32,000 nucleotides of DNA, from the NCBI RefSeq assembly GCF_051307035.1, contig NZ_CP195536.1:1680001-1712000 (forward strand), given 5' to 3'. Source of the stretch: Psychrobacter sp. DM4 (lineage in GTDB: Bacteria > Pseudomonadota > Gammaproteobacteria > Pseudomonadales > Moraxellaceae). The notes beneath the pieces were generated by a model. The model had not been told where the DNA came from, searched no databases, and worked only from the letters and a program-made list of their open reading frames with translations. Made by a program: the position numbers and the translations under genes. Of this stretch, positions 27,061 through 32,000 are shown one piece after another (the stretch's first letter is position 1; each line of letters opens with the position of its first letter).

Positions 27061-27393
27061 ATGGACTTTTTTATTCAATCCGCTCATGCCGCTGATGCAG
27101 GCGCCACTGGTGGTGCTTCGATATTTGGTCAGATTCTACTACCCGTTGCTTTTTTTGCTATTTTTTACTTCTTGGTTATTCGCCCGCAGTCAAAGCGTAC
27201 CAAGGAGCACCGTGCAATGGTTAGCGCTTTGACCGTTGGTAGCGAGATTATCTTTGCAGGTGGTCTTATGGGCCGCATTAAGCATTTAGAAGGGGATTAC
27301 GCTGTCGTGAGCTTGAACAATAACACCGATGTTAAAGTGCAGCGTGCGTCTGTGATTTCAGTTCTACCTGTTGGCACTATTGAGAGCGTATAA
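27061..27393 (+). CDS. yajC: Preprotein translocase subunit YajC
   Basis: A single TM followed by LVIRPQSKRTKEHRAMVSALTVGSEIIFAGGLMGRI, the YajC signature. It lies upstream of secDF. Confidence 0.9.
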   Translation: MDFFIQSAHAADAGATGGASIFGQILLPVAFFAIFYFLVIRPQSKRTKEHRAMVSALTVGSEIIFAGGLMGRIKHLEGDYAVVSLNNNTDVKVQRASVISVLPVGTIESV

Positions 27394-27687
27394 CTTGCAC
27401 AGTCATTGTCGTGGATAGTTACACTTATAGTTATAGTATCTACAATTTCCCTATTTATGGAAGTGACCGATTATCATGAGCGGTCGCTTTTCTGCTCTTT
27501 GGCAAATGAGTAGTCTCTAAAGCTTTATACGTATGTCCTAGTAGACGTGAGTCACTATAGAGCGCTACAGTGCTCTATTGATAGCCGGATTATCCTCGTT
27601 TAGATAAGCTATCTAGCTATCGTCACTCTCGTATCTACTAACTTATGGCCTGTGTTGTCAGACCTTTATCAACTTTAAGAAGTGATT

Positions 27688-29565
27688 ATGCAATATCCAG
27701 CTTGGAAATACCTAGTCATTACCGTCGTGCTCATCATTGCCGGTCTATATGCAGCCCCTAACCTCTACCCTGACGAACCTGCTGTACAGATTACCAGTGC
27801 AGCAGCGGGCACTCAGCTGTCTGAAGGTATCTTGACTGAGTCTGAGAGTTTGCTAGAGGCGGCTGGTATCGACTATCACGATGGTACGTTTGAGGGTAAT
27901 AGCGCACTGGTACGTCTCGATAACCCAGATGCTCAGCTTCGAGCACAAGAAGTGCTCAAGCAAAATTTGAGTGAAGATTATGTCGTGGCGCTTAACTTGG
28001 CACAGACAACGCCGCAATGGCTGCGTGACATCGGTGCTAAGCCCATGAAACTAGGTCTGGATTTGCGTGGCGGGGTACGATTCGTACTAGAAGTCGATAT
28101 GGATAAGGCTCTAGAGCAGCGCTTGACGAGTGCTAGCCGTGATATGCGCCGTGAGCTCCGTGCTGAGCGCGTAGCAGTGACCGGTATCAAGACAGAAGGC
28201 TTAAATATCGTACTACATTTTGCGGATACGGACAGCCGTAATCGTGCGCAAAATATATTGCAAGGCTCGATGGGCAATACCTTTAATTTGCAATCGTCTA
28301 TCGATGAGCAAGGCCCTGCCCTTGTGATGGCATATAACGATGCCACCATAGATGAGATCAATAGCTACGCGGTCAATCAAAACCTGACGACTTTGCGCAA
28401 TCGAATTGCAGAGCTTGGCGTAACTGAAGCTCTGGTTCAATCGCAAGGCGCTAGCCGTATCGTCGTTGAGCTGCCTGGTGTTCAAGATACTGCTGAAGCT
28501 AAACGTGTCCTGGGTCGTACAGCCAATCTTGAGTTTCGTCTAGTCGCAGAAGGTAGCGAAACTTTTACTGGTGGTATTCCGCCCGCAGGTACCGAAGCCT
28601 TTCCGTTTGAGACTTTAGATGGTCCGCCCGTACTGTTAGAGCGTCAAGCCATCGTAACTGGTGACAAGGTGACTAACGCACAAACGGGTGTTGATGAAAG
28701 CGGTATGCCTGAGGTTAGTATTACTTTGGATAGCGCGGGCGGCAGATTAATGCAAAATGCCACGCGCACCGCTGTTGGTGATCAGATGGCGGTTTTGTTT
28801 ATTGAAAACAAGCAAAGGATCACTTATGAAGAAGATCCGGCGACTGGTGAAACAGTAGAGATACGTACGCCTTACGCTGAGACTAAAGTCATTAACCGCG
28901 CCAATATTCAGGCCGTTCTTGGTTCATCATTCCGTATTACGGGTCTTGATAGCAGTGCAGAAGCGGCTGAGCTGGCACTACTACTACGCTCAGGTGCACT
29001 AGCGGCGCCGATGTACTTCGTCGAAGAGCGCACCATTGGTCCCTCATTAGGTCAAGAGAATATCGAAAAAGGTCTGTTCTCGACGCAAGTAGGTTATCTG
29101 TTAGTCTTCGCATTTATGATTATCTTTTATCGTCTGTTTGGGGTTATCGCTAACGTGGCGCTGGCGATTAACGTCATTATCATTATCGCTATTATGTCAA
29201 TACTAGGCTCATCACTGACCTTGCCTGGTATCGCTGGTATCGTCTTGACTATCGGTATGGCGGTAGATGCCAACGTGCTAATCTTTGAGCGTATACGCGA
29301 GGAGCTAGCAAACGGGGTGCGGCCAAAATCCGCTATAGTAGCAGGTTTTGATCGCGCCTTTAGCAGTATCTTTGATGCTAATATCACGACGCTCTTAGTC
29401 GCTTTTATTCTATTCGCCATCGGTACAGGCCCTATCAAAGGCTTTGCCATCACTTTAGCTATCGGTATCGTCAGCTCACTATTTACGGCGATTTTGGTCA
29501 CGCGCGCGCTGGTACAAATTGCCTATGGCAAGCGTAAATCAATCAAACGTCTGAGCATCGGTTAG
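27688..29565 (+). CDS. secD: Protein translocase subunit SecD
   Basis: MQYPAWKYLVITVVLIIAGLYAAPNLY parallels the E. coli SecD N-terminus. Other motifs are LGLDLRGGVRF and LGRTANLEFRLV, with a C-terminal 6-TM RND-like block. The GTG at 27682 is an alternative start. Confidence 0.93.
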   Translation: MQYPAWKYLVITVVLIIAGLYAAPNLYPDEPAVQITSAAAGTQLSEGILTESESLLEAAGIDYHDGTFEGNSALVRLDNPDAQLRAQEVLKQNLSEDYVVALNLAQTTPQWLRDIGAKPMKLGLDLRGGVRFVLEVDMDKALEQRLTSASRDMRRELRAERVAVTGIKTEGLNIVLHFADTDSRNRAQNILQGSMGNTFNLQSSIDEQGPALVMAYNDATIDEINSYAVNQNLTTLRNRIAELGVTEALVQSQGASRIVVELPGVQDTAEAKRVLGRTANLEFRLVAEGSETFTGGIPPAGTEAFPFETLDGPPVLLERQAIVTGDKVTNAQTGVDESGMPEVSITLDSAGGRLMQNATRTAVGDQMAVLFIENKQRITYEEDPATGETVEIRTPYAETKVINRANIQAVLGSSFRITGLDSSAEAAELALLLRSGALAAPMYFVEERTIGPSLGQENIEKGLFSTQVGYLLVFAFMIIFYRLFGVIANVALAINVIIIIAIMSILGSSLTLPGIAGIVLTIGMAVDANVLIFERIREELANGVRPKSAIVAGFDRAFSSIFDANITTLLVAFILFAIGTGPIKGFAITLAIGIVSSLFTAILVTRALVQIAYGKRKSIKRLSIG

Positions 29566-29574
29566 GAGAATATT

Positions 29575-30876
29575 ATGGCGATTAATGATAATAATAACCC
29601 AAATAACGCAAATCTTGAGAACAAAAACACACCAGCCTCTGGTGGTTCAGGTAATGGCTCAACTAACGATTCGAGTAACACCAGTAACCGCCGTCGCAAC
29701 CGTAACAAACCGCGCCGTGACGGTAAAGGGAGTAACACCCAAAAAAGCAACGCACCAAATGATAAGCTATCATCGAAAAAAGGCAAATCAAGCCGTACTG
29801 GTACTGAGCTGACAGCGGGGACGCCTGTAGCAACGACCGATCTTGTTAAAGATGAGCCGATGAATGCTTATGATAGTGCTGCTGAGGATGCAGCGGCGCA
29901 AGCAGAAGGCGGCATCAAAGCCGTCGGTAATCAGCGCATCATCCCCTTTATGAAGATAGAAAAGCCGATGGCGCTTTTGTCTTTATTTATGGTCATCGCT
30001 AGCATCATAGCCATCGCCGTGAATGGCTTGAACTTAGGGCTTGATTTTACTGGTGGCGTCTCCGCTGATGTCCGCTATGAGCAACCTGTTGAGCAGGTCG
30101 ATGTGGTGCAGGCATTAGCAGACAGTGGCTTTGATGATGCCGTTGTACAGTACTTAGGAACGCGCGAGGAGCTACTCGTACGTTTGCCGCCTCAATCTGA
30201 TAATATTGACGGACTCAGCACTGGCCTCACTCAAGCGCTAGCCTTACCTAATAACACCGCTGAGATCAGTAATGTCAACATTATTGGTAGCCAAGTTGGT
30301 AACGAAGTATATTTGAATTCAGTTATGGCTCTAGCTCTAGCCCTGCTATGTATGCTCGGTTATGTGGCACTACGCTTTCAGTTTAAGCTATCACTTGGCG
30401 CGGTGCTCTCACTATTTCACGATGCGGTGGTGACTATCGGCGTCTTTGCGCTGTTTGGTCTACCCTTTGATTTGACGGTGCTTGCAGCAATCCTAGCTTT
30501 GATCGGTTACTCACTGAATGATACGATCGTCGTCTATGACCGTATTCGTGAGAACTTTCGCCGCGTACGCGGTATCACGCCGTATCAGACTGTTGATTTA
30601 TCGCTTACAGAGACGCTACGCCGTACTATCATGACGATATCCACGGTGCTATTAGTTGTCCTTGCCATGATGTTCTTAGGCGGTGATGGTCTCTATTGGT
30701 TCTCAGTGGCGCTATTTATCGGTCTGCTGGCAGGTACTTACTCCTCTACTTATATCGCAAGCTCTATCCCGTTACGCATGGGTCTATCGCGCGATGATTT
30801 TGTCGTAAAAGTAAAACCTGAATTTGAAGAAGAGATCGTCACCTTCAATGATCCAAAGATGTTTGAACAAGATTAA
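29575..30876 (+). CDS. secF: Protein translocase subunit SecF with a ~115-aa low-complexity N-terminal extension
   Basis: The conserved core begins near IIPFMKIEKPMALLSLF...LGLDFTGG. SD AGGAG overlaps the secD stop 6 nt before ATG 29575, which supports the long form. An internal ATG at 29860 is the alternative. Confidence 0.85.
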   Translation: MAINDNNNPNNANLENKNTPASGGSGNGSTNDSSNTSNRRRNRNKPRRDGKGSNTQKSNAPNDKLSSKKGKSSRTGTELTAGTPVATTDLVKDEPMNAYDSAAEDAAAQAEGGIKAVGNQRIIPFMKIEKPMALLSLFMVIASIIAIAVNGLNLGLDFTGGVSADVRYEQPVEQVDVVQALADSGFDDAVVQYLGTREELLVRLPPQSDNIDGLSTGLTQALALPNNTAEISNVNIIGSQVGNEVYLNSVMALALALLCMLGYVALRFQFKLSLGAVLSLFHDAVVTIGVFALFGLPFDLTVLAAILALIGYSLNDTIVVYDRIRENFRRVRGITPYQTVDLSLTETLRRTIMTISTVLLVVLAMMFLGGDGLYWFSVALFIGLLAGTYSSTYIASSIPLRMGLSRDDFVVKVKPEFEEEIVTFNDPKMFEQD

Positions 30877-30956
30877 AGGGTCGTTAAACCTTGGTCAATG
30901 CTATTCAAACGATCAGCTATAGCTAATCCTAACCAAGCTGTAAAATTTAAATAATA

Positions 30957-30999
30957 AGCACCTGACTCATAATCGTGAGTATTGGGTGCTTTTATTTTT
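30957..30999 (+). terminator. Rho-independent terminator after secF
   Basis: Stem AGCACC...ACTCA / TGAGT...GGTGCT with an internal loop, followed by TTTTATTTTT. Confidence 0.7.
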
Positions 31000-31103
31000 G
31001 TATACTGTATGAGCAATAGACATACTAGTCCACTAATCTAGCTTTGATGTTAGCTATAACCCTTAAACCCCATACGTATACGCAAAGTATAAGTGACTCT
31101 CCT

Positions 31104-32000
31104 ATGTCGACAACCTCGCAGGCCGAACACGCGCCTGATATTAAGCCTATTGATACTCGCTACGCGCACATCATTGCGATAGCCTTGCCCGTATTATTGG
31201 CTAATTTAGCGATGCCGCTACAAAGTGTGATTGATACTGCTATCGTTGGTAATATGAACGATACCGCCAAATTAGCAGGTATGGGATTAGCGATACAGCT
31301 GTTGTCTTTACTACTAGTGAGCTTCAACTTTTTGCAATACGCCTCCTCTGGTCTCTCCGCGCAAGTGGTTGGACAGCAAGCTAATAACGAGGTATCGAAC
31401 AGTCAGACAACTGCTCATCAACCATGCCCGCTATTGTCTATTTTACAACGAGCCTTGCTGCTGGCATTTGGCATTGGTGCGTTATTGTTCATCGCAAAAC
31501 CTTGGCTTATCGACTATGGTTTGCAAGCGCTATCGGCAAACCCTGCGAGTGGCATTGCCGCAAAAACCTATCTCGACGTACGCTTTTGGGGCGTAATCGC
31601 TGAGCTGATGAACTTTGCCTTTATTGGCTGGTTTGCAGGACAAGGCAAAACGCGATATATGCTTTATCAGCAAGGTTTTATCGCTATCGTCAACATTGTA
31701 TTGACGCTATTTTTTGTCTTTGGTTTACAGATGGGTTTGGTCGGCGTGGCTTTGGGAACGACGATTGCCTTTTGGCTGGGGGTCGTATTAGCATTATGGC
31801 TCAGCCGCCGCCATTTGCACTTGTCTTGGTCGGCTTTATTCAGGGCTGATCCACAAGACTTTGCCAAACATAAAATGCTTAGGCTATTTTCTTTGAATAA
31901 AGATATCTTTATTCGCACGCTTATCTTGACCCTAAGCTTTGCTTGGGTGACTCGTCTTTCCGCGCAAAGTGGTGATTTGATACTTGCAGCCAACGCTATT
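31104..32000 (+). CDS. MATE-family efflux transporter (DinF-like), 5' partial, running off the window end
   Basis: This ORF is absent from the supplied track, which appears to list only ORFs with a stop codon inside the window. My own translation from ATG 31104 in frame 3 gives 299 codons with no stop, up to position 32000. It reads IALPVLLANLAMPLQSVIDTAIVGNM... followed by successive hydrophobic helices typical of MATE/DinF. Confidence 0.75.
   Translation, partial: MSTTSQAEHAPDIKPIDTRYAHIIAIALPVLLANLAMPLQSVIDTAIVGNMNDTAKLAGMGLAIQLLSLLLVSFNFLQYASSGLSAQVVGQQANNEVSNSQTTAHQPCPLLSILQRALLLAFGIGALLFIAKPWLIDYGLQALSANPASGIAAKTYLDVRFWGVIAELMNFAFIGWFAGQGKTRYMLYQQGFIAIVNIVLTLFFVFGLQMGLVGVALGTTIAFWLGVVLALWLSRRHLHLSWSALFRADPQDFAKHKMLRLFSLNKDIFIRTLILTLSFAWVTRLSAQSGDLILAANAI

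Noticed and set aside
31369-31993. Track ORFs 31369..31596 (+) and 31667..31993 (-)
   Set aside because: Both are embedded in the uninterrupted frame-3 MATE transporter ORF (31104 to the window end). The track omits that ORF, apparently because it has no stop codon inside the window.

Overview
This window reads as a core-chromosome segment of a Moraxellaceae gammaproteobacterium, probably Psychrobacter-like; that call is inferred from gene content, synteny and AT-leaning composition, not from a search. The gene order is:
- partial unknown CDS, then a WrbA-like flavodoxin (-)
- pgeF/yfiH (-) and rluD (-), divergent from bamD (+)
- dnaG (+), rpoD (+), DUF493/ybeD-like (+)
- nrdA (+), then an AT-rich orphan membrane ORF, a REP/REPIN cluster, a long hairpin and a small ORF, then nrdB (+) and yfaE (+)
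- degS/algW-like protease (-), Nif3/ybgI-like (+)
- mltF-like (+) convergent with a giant multi-LysM mltD-like gene (-)
- small secreted protein (-), CNNM/DUF21-CBS transporter (-)
- yajC-secD-secF (+), then a partial MATE efflux gene (+) that runs off the window

I found no tRNA, rRNA, CRISPR array, integrase or transposase. The only clearly accessory segment is the roughly 2.1 kb spacer (13081-15163) that splits the normally contiguous nrdA-nrdB pair. It holds a compositionally foreign 331-aa ORF (soluble N-domain plus three C-terminal TM helices, no family I recognise), two GTAG-headed inverted REP doublets, a ~108-nt imperfect hairpin, and a 109-aa ORF with an AF2212/DUF104 antitoxin-like N-terminus and a strong SD. 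This is my best candidate for something undescribed, but any function for it is hypothesis only.

A second pattern runs across the window: many conserved housekeeping proteins carry long low-complexity extensions or insertions. They include RluD, BamD, DnaG, the YbeD-like protein, PgeF (with an in-frame hexanucleotide SSR), SecF and the DegS-like protease. MltD, with 7 to 8 LysM modules, is also unusually long.
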